Source of the DNA: Nitrososphaerota archaeon
GTDB lineage: Archaea; Thermoproteota; Nitrososphaeria; Nitrososphaerales; UBA57
Direction of reading: 5' to 3'
Length of the DNA: 21,785 nucleotides
Assembly: GCA_013378385.1 (NCBI GenBank)
Contig: JACAFS010000013.1
Coordinates: 1-21,785, forward strand
Under the pieces are notes generated by a model. The model was not told where the DNA came from. It did not search any database and saw nothing but the letters and a program-made list of their open reading frames with translations. Below, one piece after another: positions 8,688-17,157 of this stretch. Each line of letters begins with the position of its first letter. The first letter of the stretch is position 1. The position numbers and the translations under genes are program-made.

Positions 8688-9395
8688 TTGATGATTTCTG
8701 CTAAGTTATTTCCAGAAGATTTAGATGTACAAGGGATGTCTCTTATTACCGGTTTCCATGGAATTGGTTCTACCGGATTTCTTGCTCTTAACCATTTAAT
8801 CAATACTCTTAAACCTGAAAGAATTGGTGTTTTTGAAACAGACTACCTATCTCCTATTTCATCAATTAATTCAGGAAAAATTGTTACTCCTTTCGAATTG
8901 TATAAAAAAGACAATCTTGCATTTCTTCGTGTTGCTGTTCCTCCCCTACAAGGTAACGAACTTATTTTTCTACGTAAAGTTTGTGAAATTATTCTTGAAA
9001 AGAACTTTAAAGAATTAATTCTGCTAGGAGGACTTGATGCACAACTCAAAAAAGACGATTCAAATTTTAGATATGTTAAGACTTCTTCATATGAATTACC
9101 TGCATCTCTAGTTGATTCTACTCCTCTTGAAGATGAACGAATTATAATTGGCCCTGTAGCCCAAATGTTGAATTTTATGGAAGTTCGTAACTTTCCTACA
9201 CTTGGTTTATTGCCTTTTGCAACTTCAATTCGTCTGGATCCTCGTGCCGCTTCTGAAGCAATTAATATACTTTCTAAGATGTTTGATATCAATATTGAAG
9301 TCGATTCACTTCTTGAACAAGCAGTAGAATTAGAGAATGACCAGCCTAATCTAATTGAGAATGTAAAATCAAATCCGTCGAATATTTATTCTTGA
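8688..9395 (+). CDS. PAC2-family (proteasome assembly chaperone-like) protein
   Basis: 235 aa. ITGFHGIGSTGFLA near the N-terminus and DPRAASEAINILSKMF near the C-terminus match the PAC2 family pattern as I recall it. The start is uncertain: TTG 8688, ATG 8691 or ATG 8736. Confidence 0.65.
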   Translation: MMISAKLFPEDLDVQGMSLITGFHGIGSTGFLALNHLINTLKPERIGVFETDYLSPISSINSGKIVTPFELYKKDNLAFLRVAVPPLQGNELIFLRKVCEIILEKNFKELILLGGLDAQLKKDDSNFRYVKTSSYELPASLVDSTPLEDERIIIGPVAQMLNFMEVRNFPTLGLLPFATSIRLDPRAASEAINILSKMFDINIEVDSLLEQAVELENDQPNLIENVKSNPSNIYS

Positions 9396-10954
9396 TTATT
9401 TAATATTCCTTCTAATTCTGAATATACAAGATTTGAATCGCAATCTATTACTTTCTCTGGTTTTAATTCTCTCACAATAAAGTCAATTATTCCTTGATCC
9501 AGTCTCTTATCTTTCATAAATATAATTGATTCTGGGTTCAATACATTGAATTGATTTCTTATTGTAGAAATTAATTCATCTCTTACAAGCGTGTCCTTTC
9601 TAATCTCCATTGAACTTTCTATATGTGAAATTGGATAAATATCAGTAATTTGATATGGCACAAATCCGATTGGTGAAATTATATAGCCTATTGTGTAGTC
9701 TACTTGATTATTCTCTAACAATTTCTTTAATTTATTATTATAAAGTAGCGGTTTATTTTTTGTTACAGGAATAATAATTATTTTTTGCCCTTCAAATTTC
9801 TTGAAAAATTCTATTATTCTATTCTGATAATTTCTTAATTCTGGTCTTCTATTGTCTGGAAATGATGAAAGAAACATCCCTTTTGATTTGAATCTCTTCT
9901 GAAAAGTGGTCATCTCGTCTATATTATTTGAGATATATACAAATGCGTCCCACATTTTTGGATGCGCTCTTGAACGCATACCTACATATTCCCATAACCT
10001 TCCTTCTCTAATTGCTTGTCTAGTAGCTACTATCTCTTTCCACAATAACCACAAATTATGTGTACCGATTGCTTTGATTCTTTCAGGATGTTCCAATTGC
10101 CTCATTTCTCTTACTGAGTATTTATTACATGTTTCACAAATACATGGGAGATATTCTAATTCATCAATATTCCGTGTCCCATTTTCTGTAATGTATCTTC
10201 CATGTTTTGCATAAAGTATGTATGACGCAGAATCAAATGTATCACATCCTAAAGCTACTGCCATGGAAAGTGGAAGAGGATGACCCAACCCAAACAAATG
10301 AAGTGCTTTATCTGCTGGAATATTTTTCTTTGCGGTTATAATCATTTTTGCTAATAATGTGTAATCATAATTTTCCATAATCTCTGTTGGACTTCCTAAT
10401 GCATACATGTCAAAATTCATTTTTGACAATTGTTTGGCAGAAAATTCAACTAAATCTAAAAATTTACCTCCTTGGATTGGACCCATCCATATTGATTTAC
10501 GTTCTATATTTTTAAGAGTAATTTCACAGGATTGTAATGTTTTGGACACACTATCTCTTGCTGTTTCCCAATTATCTGCTAAACTTGTTGGTTTATCTAA
10601 TATATTGCAGAAATCTGAATCAATATTTTCCTGAAATTTTGCTATTTCTATCTCTCCTACATCCACTTTTCCATATTCTAATACTTGATATCCTCCTGAA
10701 TCTGTCATAATGGGTCCTTCAAACTCAACAATCTTGTGAATGTTCTTCTTTACTGCTTCTTCACCATATTTCTGCCACGTAATATATGAATTTGTCATTA
10801 CAGCTTCAAATCCCATTCTTTTGATTAAACTCGTTTCAATTATCTGATTTGCTGGGTGTAATACTGGCAATAGAGCAGGTGTCTGTAAGTTCCCATTCTT
10901 TGTGTGTAGTTTACCTATTCTGGCCGCTAAATCAGTTGATTTAATTTCAAACAT
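9386..10954 (-). CDS. tgtA: Archaeosine tRNA-guanine transglycosylase (ArcTGT), apparently without a C-terminal PUA domain
   Basis: 522 aa. DLAARIGKLHTKNGNLQTPALLPV, MTDSGGYQ, FGLGHP, zinc site LPCICETCNKY. Confidence 0.88.
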   Translation of the reverse strand: MFEIKSTDLAARIGKLHTKNGNLQTPALLPVLHPANQIIETSLIKRMGFEAVMTNSYITWQKYGEEAVKKNIHKIVEFEGPIMTDSGGYQVLEYGKVDVGEIEIAKFQENIDSDFCNILDKPTSLADNWETARDSVSKTLQSCEITLKNIERKSIWMGPIQGGKFLDLVEFSAKQLSKMNFDMYALGSPTEIMENYDYTLLAKMIITAKKNIPADKALHLFGLGHPLPLSMAVALGCDTFDSASYILYAKHGRYITENGTRNIDELEYLPCICETCNKYSVREMRQLEHPERIKAIGTHNLWLLWKEIVATRQAIREGRLWEYVGMRSRAHPKMWDAFVYISNNIDEMTTFQKRFKSKGMFLSSFPDNRRPELRNYQNRIIEFFKKFEGQKIIIIPVTKNKPLLYNNKLKKLLENNQVDYTIGYIISPIGFVPYQITDIYPISHIESSMEIRKDTLVRDELISTIRNQFNVLNPESIIFMKDKRLDQGIIDFIVRELKPEKVIDCDSNLVYSELEGILNNQE

Positions 10955-11037
10955 TCCTAATTTCTTTCTATTAGTGTCTTATTTTTACTTTTAATATTCA
11001 ATAAAATATTTAATTATTATCTGTTTGGTTCTTAATT

Positions 11038-11349
11038 ATGAGTAATAATCAGAATCGAGACATACCTGATGAAATTGAATTCAAAATGCTTGTATCTAAA
11101 GCAAATGGTTCCGACGAGGTAATTTTTGAATTGGAAGATGGCTCCATAATTAAAATTCGTGTTAACATTGATCGGGCTGGAGTAGCTACAAATTACCATA
11201 ATTCCGATGGCTCTAAACATTATAACGTACAAGCTTCAATGTCAGTAAATGTTATTTCTTCCGATCGAAAATATAAATTAACGAAACCTGGCGTAAAATC
11301 TGACAAGTCTGTCTCTGATAAATCTGTCATATCAAAACCGTACAAGTAG
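11038..11349 (+). CDS. Hypothetical small protein (103 aa) with a tandem SDKSV repeat near the C-terminus
   Basis: ATG-initiated ORF in otherwise unassigned space. An AT-rich TATA-like AAATATTTAA (11004-11013) lies ~27 nt upstream. The sequence shows an alternating beta-strand-like pattern. I recognise no family. Confidence 0.5.
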   Translation: MSNNQNRDIPDEIEFKMLVSKANGSDEVIFELEDGSIIKIRVNIDRAGVATNYHNSDGSKHYNVQASMSVNVISSDRKYKLTKPGVKSDKSVSDKSVISKPYK

Positions 11350-11366
11350 TATTGTTTAATTCATAA

Positions 11367-12770
11367 TTATTCTTGATTACGTTTTATTCTAGTTCCTTTT
11401 TCAGTATCTTCTACCACATATCCTCTTTTTGATAATTCATCTCTGATCTTATCTGATTTCTTCCAGTCTTTCTTTTCTCTTGCTTCATCTCTCTCTTTTA
11501 TCAACTGCATTACCTCGTCATCTAATCTTATTGTCTCATTCGACAATACTCCCAATATGCTATTTATTTTCTTAAAATAATCTAAAACCTCCGATTTATT
11601 CTCTTCTAACACTTCATTATCATCTAAATATTTGTTTAGATCTCTCACAAATCTGAATATCGATGCTAAAGCTACAGGCATGTCTAAATCATCATCCATG
11701 GCATCTTCAAAAGAATCTATAGATCCTTTAGTGATTTCTGATAAAACTCTATTACATCCTGTTTCTGTTTCAAGTGATTTGACTTTCGAATATGACTCTT
11801 GTATTCTATCGATATTCTCTTTTGCTTGTTTTATTCCATCAAAAGTAAAATTCAGTTGAGACCTGTAATGTGAAGCAATTAATAAGAATCGAATATGATT
11901 CGCATCATATCCTTTATCTAATAAATCTCTTAATGTAAAGAAATTACCTTCTGACTTTGACATCTTTTTACCTTCAACTATCAGGTGCTCTGCATGAATC
12001 CAATATTTCACAAATTGTTTCTTTGTAACTGCCTCTGTTTGCGCTATCTCATTCTCATGATGTGGAAATATTAAATCCACTCCGCCTGCATGAATGTCAA
12101 TTTCATTACCCAGTATCTTTGTTGACATTACTGAACATTCAATATGCCATCCTGGCCTTCCTTTTCCTAATTTGCCTTCCCAATAAACATCTCCGTCCTC
12201 ACTATCCCATGATTTCCACAATGCAAAGTCTTGCGCATTGTCTTTTGTGTATTCATCTTCATTCAATCTAGTTTTGTTCTTTGATTCGTTAATCTCTAAT
12301 CCTGATAATCTTCCATAACCTGCAAATTTATTTATCGAAAAATAATATGATCCTTCACTTTCATAACAATAGCCTTCATTTTGTAATTTTATTATGTGAT
12401 TCTCTATGTCTTGAATATATTCTGTTGCTCGAGGATACAGCGACGCTTCTTTTATATTCAAACTTTTCAAATCTTTGAAGAATTCATTTGTGAATTTTTC
12501 TGTATAGTCTTTTAATGTTGTGTTGTATTTTCTTGACGAACTTATGGTTTTATCGTCTACATCAGTTATGTTCATAACAAATTTTATTTCATATCCTTTG
12601 TATTCCAAATATCTTGTTAATATATCTTCAAATAGAAAGGTCCTGAGATTCCCAATATGGGCATAATCGTATACCGTTGGCCCACAACAATATACTGTTA
12701 CTACGTTGCCATTCTTCGATCTAAATACCTCTTTACTCTTTCCTAACGAATTAAATAATCTTAATTCCAT
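11367..12770 (-). CDS. cysS: Cysteinyl-tRNA synthetase
   Basis: HIGNLRT (HIGH), KMSKS, GWHIECS. I place the start at the ATG at 12770 (MELRLFNSLG...). The 12 extra codons in the ORF track (to TTG 12806) contain a TATA box. Confidence 0.93.
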   Translation of the reverse strand: MELRLFNSLGKSKEVFRSKNGNVVTVYCCGPTVYDYAHIGNLRTFLFEDILTRYLEYKGYEIKFVMNITDVDDKTISSSRKYNTTLKDYTEKFTNEFFKDLKSLNIKEASLYPRATEYIQDIENHIIKLQNEGYCYESEGSYYFSINKFAGYGRLSGLEINESKNKTRLNEDEYTKDNAQDFALWKSWDSEDGDVYWEGKLGKGRPGWHIECSVMSTKILGNEIDIHAGGVDLIFPHHENEIAQTEAVTKKQFVKYWIHAEHLIVEGKKMSKSEGNFFTLRDLLDKGYDANHIRFLLIASHYRSQLNFTFDGIKQAKENIDRIQESYSKVKSLETETGCNRVLSEITKGSIDSFEDAMDDDLDMPVALASIFRFVRDLNKYLDDNEVLEENKSEVLDYFKKINSILGVLSNETIRLDDEVMQLIKERDEAREKKDWKKSDKIRDELSKRGYVVEDTEKGTRIKRNQE

Positions 12771-12795
12771 TATCTGTGTATCTGCAAAAGTGATA

Positions 12796-12803
12796 TTTAT
12801 ATA
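12796..12803 (-). promoter_or_regulatory. TATA box for cysS
   Basis: The minus strand reads TATATAAA, centred ~29 nt upstream of the ATG at 12770, consistent with a (near-)leaderless transcript. Confidence 0.4.
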
Positions 12804-12928
12804 CAAATCACCCTCATCATATTCTGAGTGTAATATGAAACAATGTACAAGTTACCGTTACTGGTTTTTCTCATATTCCTAGTCTGCACTCTATAATCTA
12901 GTTGTTTATTTTTGGTGTGTCATGTGTG

Positions 12929-13690
12929 ATGAATAATCTTAATCGTAATGGAAAAATCCTTGCAGTTACCCTAGACCACGGTCTGACCATTGGACCTATA
13001 CCTGGTTTAATAAATATGAACGAAACAGTTAATGCAATTCAGAAAGGAGGAGCTTCTGCAATGGTTGCTCATAAAGGCATCTTCAAAATTCTTGATCCAC
13101 CAGTTGATATTGGTAAAATAGTTCATTTATCTGCAAGTACTAGTCTTTCTGTTTTTCCTGACGATAAAGTGATTGTAGGAAGTGCAGAATTATCACAAGA
13201 AACTGGCGCTGATGCAATTTCTATTCATGTTAATATTGGTTCTAAACACGATCGAAATATGATTGAAGATCTAGGATTGATTGCTGATGAATGCACCGAA
13301 TTAAATATGCCCCTTCTTGCTATGATGTATCCTAGAGGAGAAAATATTCCAAATCCGTTTGATCCAAAAGTTGTCGCACATGTTGCACGTATTGGTGCGG
13401 AATTAGGCGCAGATATTGTTAAGACTCTATATACTGGAGATTCAGATAGTTTTCGCTCTGTAGTTGATGGGTGCCCAGTTCCTGTTGTAATTGCCGGAGG
13501 TCCACAAGTTAGTAATGATAAAGAATTACTCGATATGGTAAAAGGAGCAATCGACGCCGGAGCTGCAGGAGTTTCTATGGGCCGAAATATCTTTCAACAT
13601 TCTAATCCTGAAAAGATTACTAAAGCTATTTCTAATATTATCTTTGATAATAGTTCTGTAGAATCTGCTATGGAGGTTTTGTCGAATTGA
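12929..13690 (+). CDS. aroA': Class I aldolase-family 2-amino-3,7-dideoxy-D-threo-hept-6-ulosonate (ADH) synthase, archaeal shikimate entry step
   Basis: DhnA/FbaB-type aldolase pattern (LAVTLDHG, ADIVKTLYTG, GVSMGRNIF). It is called ADH synthase rather than FBP aldolase because it is translationally coupled to DHQ synthase II. Start is ATG 12929, with TTG 12902 in the ORF track and GTG alternatives. Confidence 0.75.
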   Translation: MNNLNRNGKILAVTLDHGLTIGPIPGLINMNETVNAIQKGGASAMVAHKGIFKILDPPVDIGKIVHLSASTSLSVFPDDKVIVGSAELSQETGADAISIHVNIGSKHDRNMIEDLGLIADECTELNMPLLAMMYPRGENIPNPFDPKVVAHVARIGAELGADIVKTLYTGDSDSFRSVVDGCPVPVVIAGGPQVSNDKELLDMVKGAIDAGAAGVSMGRNIFQHSNPEKITKAISNIIFDNSSVESAMEVLSN

Positions 13691-14763
13691 CCGAAAAACC
13701 ACGTACTATAATCGTAGAGCCTAAAATTCCTAAAGCAGAATTGGATGATTTCAGTCAGTTACTCTTTGAATCTGGAATAAAAAGTCTATTCTTATCTGAA
13801 CTAGACAATTCTGATGATTTCTCTAAATTTGAAACCTATTCGTTCTCTGAACACGCCGATGTTAAGGTTGTTAACTCCAAAACATTGACTGAATCTGAAC
13901 CTGATAAGAGATTTTCCTATTTCGCCACTCTGAACGACGATTCTAATCTTGATGAAATCGTTAATGCCGCTAAAAATAATGCAGAATCTGTAATCATTGA
14001 ATTTGAAGAAAATACCGAATGGAAGATTATCCCACTGGAGAATCTTATTGCTGAATTACATGGCTTGAAAACTAAGATCTTTACTGTAATAAATGACCCA
14101 TCCGAAATCAAGATGATGTTTACTATCTTAGAACTAGGAGTTGACGGTGTCTTACTACGAACTTCAAATCTAGAAGATGTAAATAAGTTGAATTCTGAAC
14201 TGAACGAACTTTCTAAAATTGATCTATCTGTTGCTGAAATTATTGAAATTAAGGAAGTTGGTATGGGAGAACGTGCATGCGTTGATACAGCTTCCATGCT
14301 AAGTCAGGGAGAAGGATTGTTGGTTGGTAATCAAGCAAACTTCATGTTCCTCATGCATAATGAATCAGCAGGTTCAGGATTTACTTCTCCTAGACCATTT
14401 CGTGTAAATGCCGGCGCTGTACAGTGCTACACATTATTGCCTGATAATCGTACTAAATATCTATCTGAACTCGAAAGTGGTACTGAAGTAATGATTGTTT
14501 CACATGAAGGCTCTGTACGTACTTCTATTGTAGGACGATTAAAAATTGAAAGTAGACCTTTATTTCTTGTACGGGCTAAATCTGAAGATAAAATCGGCGG
14601 TGTTTTGATACAAAATGCAGAAACTATTGCCTTTGTTAAAGATGACGGCAAACCTATCTCCACAACTTCACTTAAAGTTGGCGACAAAATTCTTGTTAAA
14701 ACTGAATCAAATAAGGGAAGACATTTCGGCATGGAGGTAGAGGAATACATCCTTGAAAAATAG
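13687..14763 (+). CDS. aroB': 3-dehydroquinate synthase type II (archaeal)
   Basis: 358 aa. GERACVDT, EGLLVGN, FLMHNE and RPFRVNAGAVQCY resemble the archaeal DHQS-II family. The TTG start forms a TTGA overlap with the aroA' stop. Confidence 0.82.
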   Translation: MTEKPRTIIVEPKIPKAELDDFSQLLFESGIKSLFLSELDNSDDFSKFETYSFSEHADVKVVNSKTLTESEPDKRFSYFATLNDDSNLDEIVNAAKNNAESVIIEFEENTEWKIIPLENLIAELHGLKTKIFTVINDPSEIKMMFTILELGVDGVLLRTSNLEDVNKLNSELNELSKIDLSVAEIIEIKEVGMGERACVDTASMLSQGEGLLVGNQANFMFLMHNESAGSGFTSPRPFRVNAGAVQCYTLLPDNRTKYLSELESGTEVMIVSHEGSVRTSIVGRLKIESRPLFLVRAKSEDKIGGVLIQNAETIAFVKDDGKPISTTSLKVGDKILVKTESNKGRHFGMEVEEYILEK

Positions 14764-15451
14764 ATTTCAAGATCCTAAATTCTGTGTTTCAATAACTGCT
14801 CCTAATACTTCTAAATTAATATCCGACGTTAATTCTGCATTTAAATCTGGTGCCCATCTTGCTGAAGTCCGTTTGGATTCATTGAATTCATTTTCCCTAG
14901 ACAAAATTCAAGAATTATCTGACGTCCATAAGAACAAACTTATCTTTACTTTTAGAGCTAAACATCAAGGTGGACTTTCTAGTATTTCTGAACCTGATCG
15001 ACTTCAAATCTTGATAAAATTACTTGACATAAAGAACTCAATAAAAGACATTGAATCTGATACTTTCAATAAAAATTATTCATTATTCAAGAATGAAAAA
15101 AATTTAATCATTTCTTGGCATAATTTCAAATCTACTCCTTCTACAAATTCTTTAGAAAGCCTAATAAAAAATATTTCTAAAAAACTTACTCACCCAAAGC
15201 AAATTATAAAAATTGTAACATATGCAAATTCTTTGAATGATTGTAATAAAGTCTTTAATCTCTATTCTAGATTTGAAAAATCCAAGTTCCAATTATTGGC
15301 ATTTTGCATGGGTGAAACTGGTTCAATAACCCGAATTCTATCTCCTGTGCTTGGCGCTCCTTTCATATACTGTTTCTCTGGCAATAAAGCAGTGGCCCCT
15401 GGTCAAATTAAGCTAGATACACTGTCAGAAATATATTCAAACTTTGCATAA
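14753..15451 (+). CDS. aroD: 3-dehydroquinate dehydratase, type I
   Basis: FCVSITAP, AEVRLD, IISWHNF (His) and IIKIVTYA (Schiff-base Lys context). Only a TTG start is available, and it overlaps aroB' by 11 nt. Confidence 0.82.
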   Translation: MKNRFQDPKFCVSITAPNTSKLISDVNSAFKSGAHLAEVRLDSLNSFSLDKIQELSDVHKNKLIFTFRAKHQGGLSSISEPDRLQILIKLLDIKNSIKDIESDTFNKNYSLFKNEKNLIISWHNFKSTPSTNSLESLIKNISKKLTHPKQIIKIVTYANSLNDCNKVFNLYSRFEKSKFQLLAFCMGETGSITRILSPVLGAPFIYCFSGNKAVAPGQIKLDTLSEIYSNFA

Positions 15452-15466
15452 TAGTTTGTGATTATT

Positions 15467-16303
15467 ATGGGAAATAATTCTGATCAAATACTTTATTGTT
15501 TATTGGGTAACGAAATAAAAAATTCCTTATCCCCCACCATTCATAATAACTTATTAAAATCCAACAACTTGAATGGCCTATATATAACAATCAATGTTGA
15601 TTCTGCTAATCTGAAAGGTGTTATTAATACACTTTGTAAATTGAATTTTCGTGGATTTAATGTAACCATTCCTCATAAAACCAATATCATACAATATCTT
15701 GATTCTCTTGACCCGCTTGCTCAAGAAGTAAATGCAGTTAACACAATCCTACATGATAACAAAAAATTAATTGGATATAATACAGATGTAGAAGGATTCA
15801 TGACTCCTCTTCATGGTAAGATTAAGAACTTTGATAATAAAAAAGCAGTTATTCTTGGAGCCGGTGGCGCTTCTAAAGCTGTATTGTATGGTCTTACACA
15901 AGCAAATTGTAAAGAAATTATAATTCTTAATCGCAGTCTTGAAAATGCTAAAGCAAATATCTCAAAACTCAATTCTGATATTTCTATATCCTGTGATAAA
16001 TTAACTCAACAGAATCTTGATTCTTTGTCTGACGTTGATATTCTAGTCAATACTATCCCTTTGAATAAAACTAATACAAGTTTCATATTCAATAAGAAAC
16101 TAAATGTAAAAATTGCATATGATCTAGAATATATCCCAAAAGAAACAAATTTCATAAAACAGATGAAAAGCATTAATGCCGATGTTATTTATGGATATGA
16201 AATGTTGATGGCCCAAGCAAAGCTGTCATTTAATATCTGGACTGGAATATCTTCGAATACTGATTCTCTAAATGCTAAAATATTGGATCTATTGGGTGAA
16301 TGA
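15467..16303 (+). CDS. aroE: Shikimate 5-dehydrogenase
   Basis: NSLSPTIHNN, NVTIPHK, YNTDVEGF, GAGGASKA. Start is ATG 15467, or GTG 15458 in the ORF track. Confidence 0.9.
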   Translation: MGNNSDQILYCLLGNEIKNSLSPTIHNNLLKSNNLNGLYITINVDSANLKGVINTLCKLNFRGFNVTIPHKTNIIQYLDSLDPLAQEVNAVNTILHDNKKLIGYNTDVEGFMTPLHGKIKNFDNKKAVILGAGGASKAVLYGLTQANCKEIIILNRSLENAKANISKLNSDISISCDKLTQQNLDSLSDVDILVNTIPLNKTNTSFIFNKKLNVKIAYDLEYIPKETNFIKQMKSINADVIYGYEMLMAQAKLSFNIWTGISSNTDSLNAKILDLLGE

Positions 16304-16304
16304 T

Positions 16305-17153
16305 ATGAAAACTTTGTCAACTGTTCATGGCGCAATATCAATAGTAAATGCTATAGCTACGGGTCAAGGTTCTGCATTAGGTATATCGCTGGAGACCTGC
16401 GCAGAGGTTACACTCACTTCTGATAGCCTTGTCGAAGTAATTATTAATAATGATAAATCTGAAAATATTGGATTAGCTCAAGAATGTTTCAAATTAGTCA
16501 AAATGAAAACTTCTGAATCATGCGGCGCCAAAATTATTGTTAATTCTGATATACCAATTGGACGAGGCCTAAAAAGTTCAAGCGCAGCCGCTACTGCAAT
16601 TATTCTATCCTGTCTAAAAGCCTTTGAAATTGTGATGACTGAAAAAGAAATTCTTGATTTATCTGTTCAAGCCTCAAAAAATTCCGGTGTAACAATTACT
16701 GGGGCTCTTGATGATACTGCTGCATGTTTTCTAGGCGGTTTAGTAGTTACTAATAACTCCTCTAATGAGTTATTATCACGCGTTATCGTCAATGATGATT
16801 ATTCAATACTGATTCATGTACCTAATCACAAATCCTACACAAAAGATGTAAATTATTCTGGCTCGGACGAATTTATTCACTCTCTTGATACACTAATCTC
16901 TATGGCTTTAGAAGGAAATTACCTTAGTGCCATGTCTCTTAATGGAATGATATATTCTAGAATCTTAAAACAATCAAACGAATCTGCAATTCTTGCACTA
17001 AGAAACAATGCTCTAGCTGCAGGTCTTTCTGGCACAGGTCCTTCTGTCGGTGTGATTTGTCTATCTGAAAACAAGTCATCTATACTTGATTCATGGAAAA
17101 ATCTAGACGGTGATATTATAACTGCCAAAATTAATAATGAAAAAGGACTGTGA
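16305..17153 (+). CDS. aroK: Archaeal shikimate kinase (GHMP-kinase family)
   Basis: GHMP motif PIGRGLKSSSAAA, N-terminal HGAISIVNAIATG, and its position between aroE and aroA. The ATG at 16305 is 1 nt after the aroE stop, and the longer ORF-track N-terminus (16272) overlaps aroE. Confidence 0.85.
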   Translation: MKTLSTVHGAISIVNAIATGQGSALGISLETCAEVTLTSDSLVEVIINNDKSENIGLAQECFKLVKMKTSESCGAKIIVNSDIPIGRGLKSSSAAATAIILSCLKAFEIVMTEKEILDLSVQASKNSGVTITGALDDTAACFLGGLVVTNNSSNELLSRVIVNDDYSILIHVPNHKSYTKDVNYSGSDEFIHSLDTLISMALEGNYLSAMSLNGMIYSRILKQSNESAILALRNNALAAGLSGTGPSVGVICLSENKSSILDSWKNLDGDIITAKINNEKGL

Positions 17154-17157
17154 TTTA

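Noticed and set aside
8843-9292. Long antisense ORFs inside real genes: 149 aa opposite PAC2 (8843-9292), 126 and 107 aa opposite aroB' (13917-14297, 14427-14750), 102 aa opposite tgtA (9906-10214), plus the shorter ones listed in the ORF track.
   Set aside because: The sense-strand proteins carry clear family motifs. The antisense translations are Ser/Arg/Ile/Leu-rich, low-complexity shadow ORFs of the kind produced by codon bias, with no promoter space or recognisable motifs.
9386-9398. An identical 13-mer, TTATTCTTGATTA, at the 3' ends of both tgtA (9386-98) and cysS (11367-79), so both proteins end in NQE-stop.
   Set aside because: In an AT-rich window of this size, exact 13-mers recurring somewhere are expected by chance. 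The match does not extend on either side and there is no associated structure. The shared position at stop codons is a post hoc observation.
11032-11232. 66-aa minus-strand ORF overlapping the orphan 103-aa gene.
   Set aside because: It is hydrophobic and low-complexity with an implausible composition. The plus-strand ORF is longer, has a better start and promoter context, and has a more protein-like sequence.
3833-12770. A cysteine-themed neighbourhood (cysteine synthase, cysteine desulfurase with SufU and SufC, and cysteinyl-tRNA synthetase within 9 kb) as a possible functional island.
   Set aside because: cysS is separated from cysK and suf by four unrelated genes on alternating strands with their own promoters. 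Only the cysK/suf divergent pair is plausibly linked, and it is reported separately.
12771-12806. A 12-codon N-terminal extension of cysS (MYINITFADTQI) from the longest ORF.
   Set aside because: It starts at TTG, encodes the TATATAAA box itself, and precedes an ATG whose downstream sequence (MELRLFNSLG) matches typical CysRS N-termini.
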